Of a stretch of DNA of 64,000 bases, positions 1 through 10,146 are shown piece by piece. The notes beneath the pieces are model-generated. The model saw only the letters and a program-made list of their open reading frames with translations. It made no database searches and was not told where the DNA came from. A program made the position numbers and the translations under genes. Numbering within the stretch: position 1 is the first letter of the stretch; every line of letters begins with the position of its first letter. This DNA comes from an uncultured Collinsella sp. (lineage in GTDB: Bacteria; Actinomycetota; Coriobacteriia; Coriobacteriales; Coriobacteriaceae): positions 3,308-67,307 of the forward strand of contig UQEO01000001.1 in assembly GCA_900540095.1 (NCBI GenBank), in the 5' to 3' direction.

Positions 1-16
1 GCCGCAGGTAAACCGC

Positions 17-496
17 TTAGTTGGTATGTCCGCCGCCCGCTGTCATCTGAGCCGCATGCTCCAGCTGGTCACTCACGGCCTCCCAGCTTTCGCGGGCGGC
101 CTTCGTAGAACCGGGAAAGTTTACGACAAGTGTATGACCTCGTTGCATGCACACGGCGCGCGAGAGCATGGCGCGGCGCGTCTTAGTCATGGAGTACGCG
201 CGAATCGCCTCTGCAATACCCGGCACATCGCGGTCGCAGACGGCACGCGTCGCCTCGGGCGTCACATCGCGCATCGAAAGCCCCGTGCCGCCGCAGGTGA
301 GCACGACATTGGCGTGGCACTCATCGGCGGCTTCCACAATGGCATCACCGATCTCGCTGACGTCGTCGCGCACGACCACATGTGAGGCGACCGTCCAGCC
401 CTGCGCCTCGATAAGTTCCTCGAGTGCAGCTCCAGCCTCGTCCTGGGCAAGATCGCGCGTATCCGAGCACGTCACAATCGAAATCTTCAGCTCCAT
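17..496 (-). CDS. Molybdenum cofactor biosynthesis protein, MogA/MoaB family
   Basis: Motifs TCSD, D.AG, TCGGTGLS.RDVTPEA, AMLSR, NFPGS; start MELKISIV after a GAGGAA RBS; directly downstream of moeA. Confidence 0.9.
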   Translation of the reverse strand: MELKISIVTCSDTRDLAQDEAGAALEELIEAQGWTVASHVVVRDDVSEIGDAIVEAADECHANVVLTCGGTGLSMRDVTPEATRAVCDRDVPGIAEAIRAYSMTKTRRAMLSRAVCMQRGHTLVVNFPGSTKAARESWEAVSDQLEHAAQMTAGGGHTN

Positions 497-506
497 AGCA
501 TTCCTC

Positions 507-1769
507 CTATAGCACCGTGCCCTCAGGCAGGTCGACACGCACGACATCCACGACATCGCCCGCCTTGAGCTCGCACGGTCCTTCGTCAATACGCAGCAGG
601 CAATTGGCCCGCTGCATCGTGCCGAGCAGCGCCGAATTCTGCGTCTTGGCCTCGGTCACCAACAGCTCACCGGTCTCGGGGTCGCGCAAAACCGTGGCGC
701 GATCGAAGAAGCGTCGGTCCTGGCGCTTTTTCACACCGTGGGTAAGAGCCGCTCGCTGCATGGGACGCGCTCCCTCGGCAAAGCCGCGCATCTTACGAAT
801 CGCCGGGCGGGCGAGCATCTCAAAGCCCACATACGCCGCGGCCGGATTGCCTGAAAGCCCCAGGTAGGGCTTACCCCCGAGCAAGCCAAACGTAATGGCC
901 TTGCCTGGACGCATCGAGATCCGATCGAACAGCACCTCGCCCTCGCGCCGGACGAGCGCCGTCACGTAGTCGTAATCGCCCGCCGAGGCGCCACCGCTCG
1001 TAATGACAAAATCGCACTCCTGCACGGCATGATGCACCAGCTCGGCGATCGCCTGCTCATCATCGGGCGCAATGCCGTAGAACACGGGCTCGGCTCCTGC
1101 ATCGAGCGCCTCGGCCATCAACGCCGAGGAGTTGGAGTCGCGAATCTGCCCGCGCGCCGGCACCTTACTCGGTGCGACTAGTTCCGTGCCCAGCGAGATG
1201 ATGCCCACACGTGGGGCAGCGTGCACCTTCACGCTCGCGTATCCGGCGCTTGCCAGCAGACCCGCGCCCGCCGGAGCCACGACCTCGCCGGCGTGCATCA
1301 CAACATCGCCGGCATGGGCCTCCTCGGCGGCAGAGCGAACGTTCTCCCCTACCTTGGCCGGCGGCGAGAAGCGAACGTGCGAGCCCTCGTTGCCATCGCC
1401 GTCAAGCACGTCGACGATCTCGTATTTCACTACGGCGTCAGCACCCTCGGGCACCGGCGCGCCCGTCATGATGCGGACGGTCTCGCCCGTGCCGACCACG
1501 CCCTCAAAGACATGGCCCGCTGCCTCGTGTCCGATAACGTCGAGCGTCACCGGCGTCTCACCAGACGCCTGCGCCAAGTCCGCCGAGCGCACGGCATACC
1601 CGTCCATGGCGCTGTTGGCAAACGGTGAAATGTCGATATCGGCCACAGCATCCTCGGCCAAGGGAAAACCGGCGGCCTGCCACACGGGAATCTCGACGAG
1701 ATCGGTCGGAGCAACGTGCGACAGAACGATCGACTGCGCGTCCTCCAACGGAATGAGTTTCTCTGCCAT
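507..1769 (-). CDS. moeA: Molybdopterin molybdotransferase MoeA
   Basis: SAMDGYA, RIMTGAPVPEGADAVV, TSGGAS.GDYD and MRPGK motifs; about 420 aa. Confidence 0.95.
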   Translation of the reverse strand: MAEKLIPLEDAQSIVLSHVAPTDLVEIPVWQAAGFPLAEDAVADIDISPFANSAMDGYAVRSADLAQASGETPVTLDVIGHEAAGHVFEGVVGTGETVRIMTGAPVPEGADAVVKYEIVDVLDGDGNEGSHVRFSPPAKVGENVRSAAEEAHAGDVVMHAGEVVAPAGAGLLASAGYASVKVHAAPRVGIISLGTELVAPSKVPARGQIRDSNSSALMAEALDAGAEPVFYGIAPDDEQAIAELVHHAVQECDFVITSGGASAGDYDYVTALVRREGEVLFDRISMRPGKAITFGLLGGKPYLGLSGNPAAAYVGFEMLARPAIRKMRGFAEGARPMQRAALTHGVKKRQDRRFFDRATVLRDPETGELLVTEAKTQNSALLGTMQRANCLLRIDEGPCELKAGDVVDVVRVDLPEGTVL

Positions 1770-1979
1770 ATGCACCTCTTAATGCCACGGCGCACAACAG
1801 GGACGCCGATTCTTTATGCTTGTCTCAGTATAATCCCCCGACGCATGGCCGCGACTCGACCTGAACCCGCAAATACACCTGTCGGTTGCAGGCCGCGAAA
1901 CAGAATGGAAACCAACCCACCGGCTCGTCGCGTTTACCGCGTTTTATAATGCTTGCGTTGCAACCTAAAAGAGGAACGT

Positions 1980-3401
1980 ATGGCTCATAACGACAAACCC
2001 GAAAGCGCAAACGAAGCGCAGGATCATTCCCAGTCGCTCGACGACGGCGGCTTTTTCTCCCTGAACGACGTCATCATGGCAGGCAGGCAACAGCTCACCC
2101 GCTCCGAACATCTCTTGGCTGCCGACACGCGCCGCAACGTCCGCAACCTACTCGCGAGCGCCAAGTTGCTCGTACTCGTCGTCATCGTCTCTCTCGCCAT
2201 GGGCGTTGCCGCTTGGGCGTTTTTGGCCTCGCTGAATATCGCGACCGATTATCGCGAGCACCACGCGTGGATCTACGCGCTGCTTCCCGTTGTGGGCGTT
2301 GCCACCGCATGGGTGTACAAAAACCACGGTCTTGCCGCCAAACGCGGCAACAACCTGGTCATCGATTCCGCCCTGGGCACACGCCTCATCCATATGCGCA
2401 TGGCCGTCCTCACTTTTGTCTGCTCCACGCTCACGCACCTCACGGGCGGATCGGCCGGCCGCGAGGGCGCCGCGGTGCAGATTGGTGGCACCATCGCCAG
2501 CAACATCTCGAGCCTCGCCCACCTCAAAAAGCATGACCACCACGACCTCATGCTCGCCGGCATCTCGTCGGCCTTTGGCGCCGTATTCGGTTCGCCCCTT
2601 GCCGGAGCTTTCTTTGGCATGGAGATGTGCTTTATCGGCAAGATCGACTACACCGCAGGCATCTACTGCCTGGTCGCCTCGTTTACCGGCTACTTTACGT
2701 CGCTTGCCTTGGGAACCGAGTACGAGGCGAATGTTATCGCCAGCGTTCCCAACATGACACCACGGACGGTTGTCATCGTTGTTATCAGCGCCATTATCTT
2801 CGGTCTGACGGCACGCCTCTTTGCCTGGTCGGTTCGAACCGTCAAGAGCCTGTACGGTCGCTTTATCACCAACTATATTGCTCGCGCACTCGTGGGCGCG
2901 CTCGTAGTGCTCGCGGCCTACGCGATGCTCGACGCCTGGAAGTATGCCGGCCTTGCCACCTGGCTCTCGGGTGCCGGGTTCGCCGGTAACACGACCCTTG
3001 CCGACGCAGCCATCAAGCTCGTGGTGACGGCGCTCACCCTGGGCGCCGGCTTCCAAGGAGGCGAGGTCACGCCCCTGTTTGGTATCGGTGCGGCGCTCGG
3101 CGGCTGGATCGGTTGCCTCGTCGGAATCGACCCCAGCTTTCTGGCAGCGCTGGGTATGCTCGGCGTGTTCTGCGCCGGCCTCAACGTGCCCATCACCACC
3201 TGCATGATGGCCATCGATCTGTTCCACGGCACGGCCGCCGGGTTCTTTGTCATCGTGGCCTTTATCAGCTATCTCGTCGGCGGCCACCGCGGCGTGTACT
3301 CCGCCCAGCGCATTATCTCACCCAAGCGTCGTTCGCTTATTGTGGATGAGGGCGGTACGGTAGCGGATGCTATCGAGCGCCACAACGACCTGATAGTGTA
3401 G
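1980..3401 (+). CDS. CLC-family channel/antiporter, CLC-F (fluoride exporter) subtype
   Basis: Multi-TM protein with GNNLV, GREG and GEVTP signature motifs; RBS GAGGAA. Confidence 0.85.
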   Translation: MAHNDKPESANEAQDHSQSLDDGGFFSLNDVIMAGRQQLTRSEHLLAADTRRNVRNLLASAKLLVLVVIVSLAMGVAAWAFLASLNIATDYREHHAWIYALLPVVGVATAWVYKNHGLAAKRGNNLVIDSALGTRLIHMRMAVLTFVCSTLTHLTGGSAGREGAAVQIGGTIASNISSLAHLKKHDHHDLMLAGISSAFGAVFGSPLAGAFFGMEMCFIGKIDYTAGIYCLVASFTGYFTSLALGTEYEANVIASVPNMTPRTVVIVVISAIIFGLTARLFAWSVRTVKSLYGRFITNYIARALVGALVVLAAYAMLDAWKYAGLATWLSGAGFAGNTTLADAAIKLVVTALTLGAGFQGGEVTPLFGIGAALGGWIGCLVGIDPSFLAALGMLGVFCAGLNVPITTCMMAIDLFHGTAAGFFVIVAFISYLVGGHRGVYSAQRIISPKRRSLIVDEGGTVADAIERHNDLIV

Positions 3402-3488
3402 ACGTAAGTATTCGCCGTGCAGCCACAATCGGGGGCAATTCGACCTGAGCGCGACCGCACCGTCACGTCATACGCCGGGAGTCGCCCC

Positions 3489-4451
3489 ATGCACGTAACT
3501 GATTTTGGTCGCACGCTCATCATCGCCAACCCTGCCGCCCAGTCGGGTGCGGCGCGCGAGGTCGCTGAGCGCCTGCAGCGCTTTTTGGACATGACCGCGC
3601 GCGCATCCCAGTTTGACTTGGTGCTGACCGAACGCGCGGGGCATGCCAAGGAGCTTGCCGCACAGGCCCAGGGCTACCGCACGGTTATCGCACTCGGCGG
3701 CGACGGCGTGATCCACGAGGTCGTCAATGGCTTGATGGCGCAAGAAGAGGCGGTTCGACCGGCGCTTGCCGTCCTGCCCGTAGGCTCCGGCAATGATTTT
3801 GCCCAAACACTCGGCATCGACGATTTCTCCGGCAAGGATTTTGGCGCGCTGCTCACCTGCGAGCTGCAGCATCAGGACATCGGGCGTATTCGCTCGTGGA
3901 GCCCTGCAAGCGGCAGCGGCGAGGCCGCCGCTGAGTACTACGACCAGACGCTTTCGGTCGGCATCGATGCCGCCATCGGCCTTGGCACCACCGAGCTGCG
4001 CAAAAAGACGGGCCTCGCCGGCGCTCCGCTCTACACCCTATCGGGACTTGAGCAGTTTGGCCTGCGCTACCGCAACTATCCCATGACGGTCAGCTTTGAC
4101 GGTGCGCCCGCAGAGCGCGTGCGGGCGATTATTATGGCCATCCAGCTGGGGCCCACGTACGGCTCGGGCTATCGCATCTGCCCCGAAGCCGACCCCTGCG
4201 ACGGCATGCTCGACGTCTGCTACGCCTGCGGCCCCGTCCCCCGTGCGGTTGCCCTGCCCATGTTTCTTTCGGCCAAGGACGGCCACCATACCAAGCTGCC
4301 GCCGGTTCGCATGCGTCGTTGCCGTCATGCCGAGCTCACGTTCGAGGAGCCCGACTACCCCATCCAAGCCGACGGCGAGCCCGTTGTCGCCTCGCGCATC
4401 GAGGTCGACGTCCTCGGTGGAGCCCTCCACGTCTGGCGCCCCACCCGCTAA
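3489..4451 (+). CDS. Diacylglycerol/lipid kinase family protein (YegS/DagK-like)
   Basis: NPAA.SG, GGDG, GSGNDFA and QADGE motifs. Confidence 0.9.
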   Translation: MHVTDFGRTLIIANPAAQSGAAREVAERLQRFLDMTARASQFDLVLTERAGHAKELAAQAQGYRTVIALGGDGVIHEVVNGLMAQEEAVRPALAVLPVGSGNDFAQTLGIDDFSGKDFGALLTCELQHQDIGRIRSWSPASGSGEAAAEYYDQTLSVGIDAAIGLGTTELRKKTGLAGAPLYTLSGLEQFGLRYRNYPMTVSFDGAPAERVRAIIMAIQLGPTYGSGYRICPEADPCDGMLDVCYACGPVPRAVALPMFLSAKDGHHTKLPPVRMRRCRHAELTFEEPDYPIQADGEPVVASRIEVDVLGGALHVWRPTR

Positions 4452-4458
4452 CCCCACC

Positions 4459-4529
4459 TAAGTTGCGGTGAAATGGGGACTGTTTATGCAGCTAAAGCCG
4501 CAAAACAGTCCCCATTTCACCGCAACTTA
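4459..4529. repeat. Palindromic REP/MITE-like element, AGTTGCGGTG family, copy 1
   Basis: Perfect 27-bp inverted arms TAAGTTGCGGTGAAATGGGGACTGTTT (4459-4485, 4503-4529) between convergent genes. Confidence 0.85.
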
Positions 4530-4538
4530 TTGAGAAGA

Positions 4539-4919
4539 TCATTCCTCCCCGCCTGGCTTGCGACGGTTGGCCTTTTTAATCGCGTTGAAGTGCTTGTCGT
4601 TGAGCCTGCGCTGGCGCGATCGCTGAGGCACCTTGGTCTTTACGCGTCGGCGCGGTGGACGCCCGCGACGCTCAAGCTCTGCCCTCAGCTTACGCAGACA
4701 GCAGCTGCGATTCTGAAACTGACTGCGGCTCTCACGCGCCGTCACGACAATCCCCGTGGGCCCATGCTTCATGCGCACCGCCGAGTCCGTCGTGTTCACG
4801 CCCTGTCCACCCGGACCCGTCGCGCGAAACACCTGCACCTCGCAATCGCGTGCCAGCTCCTCGACCGACATCTCGGCATAGCGTGCATACTCGCGCCATC
4901 CCATCTTGTTCTCATCCAT
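4539..4919 (-). CDS. arfB: Ribosome rescue peptidyl-tRNA hydrolase, ArfB/YaeJ-like
   Basis: GPGGQGVN (GGQ) motif, SRSQ..N, basic C-terminal tail; RBS GGAGG. Confidence 0.85.
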   Translation of the reverse strand: MDENKMGWREYARYAEMSVEELARDCEVQVFRATGPGGQGVNTTDSAVRMKHGPTGIVVTARESRSQFQNRSCCLRKLRAELERRGRPPRRRVKTKVPQRSRQRRLNDKHFNAIKKANRRKPGGEE

Positions 4920-4944
4920 ATCAATACCTCCCCTCATACAAAAA

Positions 4945-4975
4945 ATGTGACAAAGGGACAGTCCCTTTGTCACAT
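4945..4975. repeat. Short REP-like palindrome ATGTGACAAAGGGAC-A-GTCCCTTTGTCACAT
   Basis: Perfect 15-bp inverted repeat around a GGGACAGTCCC core; may also terminate xpt. Confidence 0.7.
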
Positions 4976-5002
4976 CGCATACCAATCGCTTGTGTTGCGC
5001 GC

Positions 5003-5581
5003 CTAGGCGAAGGTGATCTCACCGTTCTCGCAGTCCATTTCGGCGATACGGGCCAGGCTCTCAACGCGGAAGCCGCGCTCGCGGAGCTTATCGCCACCGC
5101 CCTGGAAGCCCTTCTCAACGGCGATGCCGATGCCGGCAACCTCGGCACCCGCGGCCTCGCAGATCTTAATAAGGCCCTCGAGCGCGCAGCCGTTGGCCAA
5201 GAAGTCGTCGATAATCAGGACCTTATCGCCCTCGGACAGGAAGCGCTTGCCAACGATGACCGGGTACTCCTTCTGCTTGGTAAAGGAGTAGATGGTCGTG
5301 GCATACTGCTCGCCGTCAAGGTTGATGGACTGGGCCTTCTTGGCAAAGACCACCGGCACGCCGCCAAAATGCTGAGCTGCGATGCAGGCCATACCAATGC
5401 CCGAAGCCTCGATCGTCAGGATCTTGTTGATCTCGACACCCTCGAACAGACGGGCCCACTCGGCACCCATGTGGTCGAACAGCTCAACGTCGCACTGGTG
5501 GTTGAGGAAGGCATCAACCTTAAGGACGTTACCCGCCTTTACGATGCCGTCACGGCGAATACGATCCTCAAGCTCCTGCAT
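5003..5581 (-). CDS. xpt: Xanthine phosphoribosyltransferase
   Basis: [17 protein letters not shown] and PRPP-binding IIDDFLANG motifs. Confidence 0.95.
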   Translation of the reverse strand: MQELEDRIRRDGIVKAGNVLKVDAFLNHQCDVELFDHMGAEWARLFEGVEINKILTIEASGIGMACIAAQHFGGVPVVFAKKAQSINLDGEQYATTIYSFTKQKEYPVIVGKRFLSEGDKVLIIDDFLANGCALEGLIKICEAAGAEVAGIGIAVEKGFQGGGDKLRERGFRVESLARIAEMDCENGEITFA

Positions 5582-5740
5582 GGCGCAACCCCTTCTCGCG
5601 GCAACGATACCGCGCGATTAATAAACGTTGTTCGATAGTCTACCACGGACCGACCCCCGCCCGCCCCACAAGCCACATCGCACCATAAAGCTGCAAGACC
5701 AGTAGATAAGCCCGATTCGTGGCAAGCCTGCCACCACAAG

Positions 5741-7051
5741 CTAATGGCGGGCGCGCATCCTCACCAAACGCACCATGGCGAGCGCAAAGCCCACAGCGGC
5801 CACAGCCATGAGCACGTAGAACACCGAGCGAAAGCCAAACAGGAACACATCCGGACGGCCTGCAACAATACTGGTCACAGCCTCGCCCATCGCCACGCTC
5901 ATCTGCCCATATAGGATATGTGATGCAGCCGTAATGCCCACTGCCATACCCGCATAGCGCGCCAAACTGCCCAAGCTGCCTGCAAAACCGAGCGCCTCGC
6001 GCGGGGCCGAACCCATATACAGCGAGTTGTTGGGGCTCTGGAAAATCGACGTGCCGCACGACATAAACGCGGCACAGCACACGATCACAGGGATAGAAGA
6101 GTGCTCGTCGAGCGTGCTTACCGCAAAGAGACCGCACACATACACGCCCAGACCGACCGCCGTGGGACCCTCGCAGCCAACACGGTCCGAAACCGTTCCC
6201 GAAAGCGGGCCGATAAAGGCATTCACCATCGGCAGCGCCAAAAACAGCAGGCCCGAAACGTCAGATCCAAACCCATGCGCATCCTGAAAATAGAACGGCA
6301 GGATAAACTCGGATGCGCCAATGCCAACGAACACGATGAGCATGCAGGCAAGGTTGATGGTAAAGGCCGAATTTGCAAAGCAGCGACGAGCGGCCTCGAT
6401 CATGGACATGGGACACTCGCCGGCCTCCGGCTTAACATGCGGCAGCGTATAGAGCCCCACGATAAACGAGATGACGCCAATGGGCAGGTTAATGAGAAAG
6501 ATGCTCTCCCAGGGAAAGCTTGCCACCAGCATGCCACCGAGCACGGGGCCACACATCATGCCGAGGGCCACGAAGGTCGCGAGAATACCCATAGCACGAC
6601 CGCGTTCGCGCGCCGGAAACGACTCGGTGATGATACCCATGTTGTTGGCCATGGCCGCCGCGCAACCGACGCCCTGAACAATGCGCGCCAGAATAAGAAC
6701 CTCGAGCGAGGCCGAAAGGCCGCACAGCAGCGAACCGACCGAAAAGACGATGACGCCCAGCTGGAACACATTCACCTTGCCGCGGACGTCACCCAGACGG
6801 CCAAACGGCAACATAGCCACGCATGTCGCAAGCAGATACACCGAACTCACCAGCTGAATGCGGTCGAGCCCCACGCCCAGCTCCTTTTGCATCACGGGCA
6901 GCGCCACGGTCACGACGGTCGAATCCAGACACACCATAAACGTCATGATGAGCACGGTAAACAGAATCGCCCATTTGTTCTTGCCATGGGTGTCGCCCTC
7001 TAGAGCAATGTGCTCGCGGCGCAGCTGCTCTGCAGTTTTCTCCATATCCAT
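5741..7051 (-). CDS. MFS transporter, DHA2/EmrB-QacA-like
   Basis: LD.TVV.VALP, GRLGD.RG, GP.LGG and W..IF.IN.PIG motifs. Confidence 0.85.
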   Translation of the reverse strand: MDMEKTAEQLRREHIALEGDTHGKNKWAILFTVLIMTFMVCLDSTVVTVALPVMQKELGVGLDRIQLVSSVYLLATCVAMLPFGRLGDVRGKVNVFQLGVIVFSVGSLLCGLSASLEVLILARIVQGVGCAAAMANNMGIITESFPARERGRAMGILATFVALGMMCGPVLGGMLVASFPWESIFLINLPIGVISFIVGLYTLPHVKPEAGECPMSMIEAARRCFANSAFTINLACMLIVFVGIGASEFILPFYFQDAHGFGSDVSGLLFLALPMVNAFIGPLSGTVSDRVGCEGPTAVGLGVYVCGLFAVSTLDEHSSIPVIVCCAAFMSCGTSIFQSPNNSLYMGSAPREALGFAGSLGSLARYAGMAVGITAASHILYGQMSVAMGEAVTSIVAGRPDVFLFGFRSVFYVLMAVAAVGFALAMVRLVRMRARH

Positions 7052-7187
7052 CCTTTCGAGTGGCCCAACGCAAAAAACGGGGCCCCAATCGCCTGCAAAC
7101 AGTCGCGATTGAGGTCCCGCCTACGGAATCGGAACGAAAGGTCGCCGAAGCTTTCTGCCAGCATCGGCTCCTTGTGCGAACGCTAGC

Positions 7188-8471
7188 CTAGCACTGCTCG
7201 AGCGCCTGCTCAAGGTCGGCAATCAGATCGGCCGTGTCCTCGAGGCCGCACGACAGGCGTACCATGTCGGCGGAGATGCCACAGGCGATGAGCTCCTCAT
7301 CGTTCATCTGGCGATGCGTGGCGTTAGCAGGATGCAGGCAGCAAGTGCGGGCGTCGGCCACGTGTGTAGCGATCTGGGCGAGCTTGAGGCTCTTCATAAA
7401 GGTCTCGGCCGCCGCGCGACCACCGTTAAAGCCAAAGCTCACGACGCCGCAGGTACCGTTGGGCATGTACTTCTGAGCCAGGTCATAGTACTTGTCGCCC
7501 TCCAGGCCCGGATAGCTCACGAAGCGTACCTTGGGATGGCTCTGCAGGAACTTGGCGACCGCCAGACCATTCTCACAATGGCGCGGCATGCGCACGTGCA
7601 GGCTCTCGAGCGAGCTGTTCAGGAAGAATGCCGCCTGCGGGTTCTGCATGGGGCCGAGGTCGCGCATAAGCTGCGCAGTGGCCTTGGTAATAAAGGCGCC
7701 CTCGCGACCGAACTTCTCGGCATAGGTCACGCCGTGGTAGCTCTCGTCAGGCGTGGTGAGACCCGGGAACTTGTCCGCATGGGCCATCCAGTCAAACTGG
7801 CCGTGATCGACGATCACGCCACCCAGGTAGGCCGCATGGCCATCCATGTACTTAGTGGTGGAGTGCGTAACGATATCGGCGCCCCACTCAAAGGGACGGC
7901 ACATCACGGGCGTCGGGAAGGTGTTGTCGACCATCAGCGGTACGCCGTGGTCGTGCGCGGCCTTGGCAAAGCGCTCGATATCGAGTACGGCAAGTGCGGG
8001 GTTTGCGATCGTCTCGCCAAAGACGAGCTTGGTGTTGGGCTGGAAGGCTGCCTCGAGCTCCTCATCGGTGCAGTCGGGGGCAACGAAGGTGCAGGTCAGC
8101 CCCATACGGCCCATGGTGTGGGCGAGCAAGTTGTACGTACCGCCGTAGATGGCAGAGCTTGCGACCACGTGATCGCCAGCACCGGCAACGTTAAAGATCG
8201 CAAGGAAGTTCGCAGCCATGCCCGAGCTCGTGAGCATCGCAGCGGTACCGCCCTCCATCTCACAGATCTTGGCAGCAACCAGATCGCACGTGGTATTCTG
8301 CAGACGGCTGTAGAAGTAGCCCGACTCCTCCAGGTCAAACAGCTTGCCCATATGCTCGGACGTGTCGTACTTCCACGTGGTGGACTGATAGATGGGCACC
8401 TGGCGCGGCTCCGCATCGCCCGGGCGATAGCCGCCCTGAACACATGTGGTACCGATAGTCTGCTCACTCAT
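7188..8471 (-). CDS. metY: O-acetylhomoserine aminocarboxypropyltransferase/cysteine synthase (PLP-dependent)
   Basis: PIYQ.T, YSRL.N.T, DNTF.TP, HSTTK (PLP lysine), HPA..TH.Q, RLS.GLED. Confidence 0.9.
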   Translation of the reverse strand: MSEQTIGTTCVQGGYRPGDAEPRQVPIYQSTTWKYDTSEHMGKLFDLEESGYFYSRLQNTTCDLVAAKICEMEGGTAAMLTSSGMAANFLAIFNVAGAGDHVVASSAIYGGTYNLLAHTMGRMGLTCTFVAPDCTDEELEAAFQPNTKLVFGETIANPALAVLDIERFAKAAHDHGVPLMVDNTFPTPVMCRPFEWGADIVTHSTTKYMDGHAAYLGGVIVDHGQFDWMAHADKFPGLTTPDESYHGVTYAEKFGREGAFITKATAQLMRDLGPMQNPQAAFFLNSSLESLHVRMPRHCENGLAVAKFLQSHPKVRFVSYPGLEGDKYYDLAQKYMPNGTCGVVSFGFNGGRAAAETFMKSLKLAQIATHVADARTCCLHPANATHRQMNDEELIACGISADMVRLSCGLEDTADLIADLEQALEQC

Positions 8472-8701
8472 ATCTTGCTCCCTTGCCTGGGTTACGTTTT
8501 GTTCGATTCACGATACCGCTACCCTGCACCCCTCTCAACCCATCCCGCCGATAGGTTATGGGACAAATTGATCAGGGGTATTTATCTCAAGCCTTGGGCA
8601 TTTGCTCGATAGATAAAAATGAGGCATCCATGAAGCTCTCGATGATTACACGCACCGTCGCGGGTACCATAGGCGGGTACACCGTGACCAAGGAGACAAC
8701 G

Positions 8702-9148
8702 ATGAAGCAAATCGATACGGCCCAGCTCGACATCACCGCCTGTCAGGCTCAAGCTGCCGAATACCACGCCCGTGGCTTTAACTGCGCGCAGGCCGTCGCC
8801 TGCACGCTCGCACCTGCCGTCGGACTCGACCCCCAGGTCGCCTTTATCCTCACCGAGGGCTTTGGCGCCGGCATGGGCGGCATGACCGAAACCTGCGGCG
8901 CCATCTCGGGCGCCGTGGCCATCATGGGTTTTGTAATGAGCGACGGCATGGAAAACCCCAAGACTAAGGGCCAGACCTACAAGCTGTCGCGCGAAATCGC
9001 CAAGCGTTTTAAAACGAAGAACACAACGACCGTCTGCGGCACGCTCAAGGGCGTCGGATCGGATAAGGGTCCGCTCCGCAGCTGCCCTGGTTGCATCGAC
9101 GATGCCGTCGAGATCGCCTGCGATGTGCTAAAGCAGCTCGCCGAGTAA
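8702..9148 (+). CDS. C-GCAxxG-C-C family putative redox/Fe-S protein
   Basis: NCAQ, GFGAGMG, TCGAISG and two distal Cys; RBS AAGGAG. Confidence 0.85.
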   Translation: MKQIDTAQLDITACQAQAAEYHARGFNCAQAVACTLAPAVGLDPQVAFILTEGFGAGMGGMTETCGAISGAVAIMGFVMSDGMENPKTKGQTYKLSREIAKRFKTKNTTTVCGTLKGVGSDKGPLRSCPGCIDDAVEIACDVLKQLAE

Positions 9149-9234
9149 ACGGCAGCAACAGAAAACGACGGCCCGCGCGCCTGGGGGCCCTATGACGAGT
9201 TGGGATCCATCCAAAAGCACGCCGGCCGTCGCCG

Positions 9235-9873
9235 TTAGAACTCGGCAAATTCGGGAGCGCCGACCTCGATCTCCTCGCGCCCCGCCATAAGCTCGCGCAT
9301 CTTGGCGCAAAACGACTCCTGCTCCCCTGCCTTAAACACCAAGTGAAGTGTCACGGTATCCGCGTAATCGGTATCCGAAACCTTGGCACCCGAATCCTGG
9401 GCCAAGCGAAGCACCTGCTCATACTGCGGATAGGCCACATGCACGTCAACCGGCACGACACTCGTCATCTCGACGATCTGCCCGGACTCCTGAGCCGAGG
9501 CCACCGCCGCCTGCGTCGCCGCGGTATAGGCGCGCACCAAGCCACCAGGACCCAACAGCGTGCCACCAAAATAGCGCGTCACCACGCAGCAAACATTTTT
9601 GAGCCCCGCACCGCGCAGCACCTCGAGCGTCGGCATACCACTCGTGCGGCTCGGCTCACCATCATCGCTCTGGCGCTCGCGCCCATCGACCAAAATCCAC
9701 GCGGGAACATTGTGTCGAGCGTCGTAATGACGCTTGCGAACCATCTCGATAAAGGCATTCGCCTCATCCTCGGACTCAATATGGACCAGCTGGGCAATAA
9801 ACCGGCTCTTGCGGTCCACAAACTCGCCCGAAGCCTCAATATTCGATTGCAGAGTAAAATAGCTGTCCAACAA
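9235..9873 (-). CDS. yigZ: YigZ/IMPACT family protein
   Basis: KSRFIA, ARHN, SDDGEP, VVTRYFGG..LG.GGL.RAY. Confidence 0.92.
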   Translation of the reverse strand: MLDSYFTLQSNIEASGEFVDRKSRFIAQLVHIESEDEANAFIEMVRKRHYDARHNVPAWILVDGRERQSDDGEPSRTSGMPTLEVLRGAGLKNVCCVVTRYFGGTLLGPGGLVRAYTAATQAAVASAQESGQIVEMTSVVPVDVHVAYPQYEQVLRLAQDSGAKVSDTDYADTVTLHLVFKAGEQESFCAKMRELMAGREEIEVGAPEFAEF

Positions 9874-10024
9874 AGCCCCTCAAACACAAGCAAAGCAACA
9901 AACAGCCTCAATAATACGGCAAAGGCCGTACCGATAATCCCGGTAAATAGAACGGCAACGCCAATGACCAGGCAAAAACAGCGAGATGCCAAGAACGGAA
10001 CCGCCGATGATTCCGTCAACGAAA

Positions 10025-10130
10025 GCGAGAACCCGTCAGCGCGAGCAAGGTGCCTTGAAAGACGAGGGCATTGACCTTATGGTCATGCCCGAAGGCTTGA
10101 AAGGCAGATTGCCGCGCTGACGGGTTCGCA
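10025..10130. repeat. Long imperfect hairpin element (REP/MITE-like or structured RNA)
   Basis: Perfect 15-bp stem GAACCCGTCAGCGCG (10029-10043/10113-10127) with nested TGCCTT/AAGGCA and GGGCA-TGACC/GGTCA-TGCCC stems. Confidence 0.75.
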
Positions 10131-10146
10131 GCGTCAACAAAGTGCC

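Noticed and set aside
1780..1979. Fluoride riboswitch upstream of the CLC-F gene
   Set aside because: No GGnGATGGnGTTCnCC / GCTGATG-like core found.
8472..8560. Possible T-box or SAM riboswitch upstream of metY (GGGTAGCGGTATCGTG...CGTAACCC on the minus strand)
   Set aside because: The bulge does not match the required TGGNACC, and no specifier stem or SAM-I core is evident; an Infernal scan would be needed.
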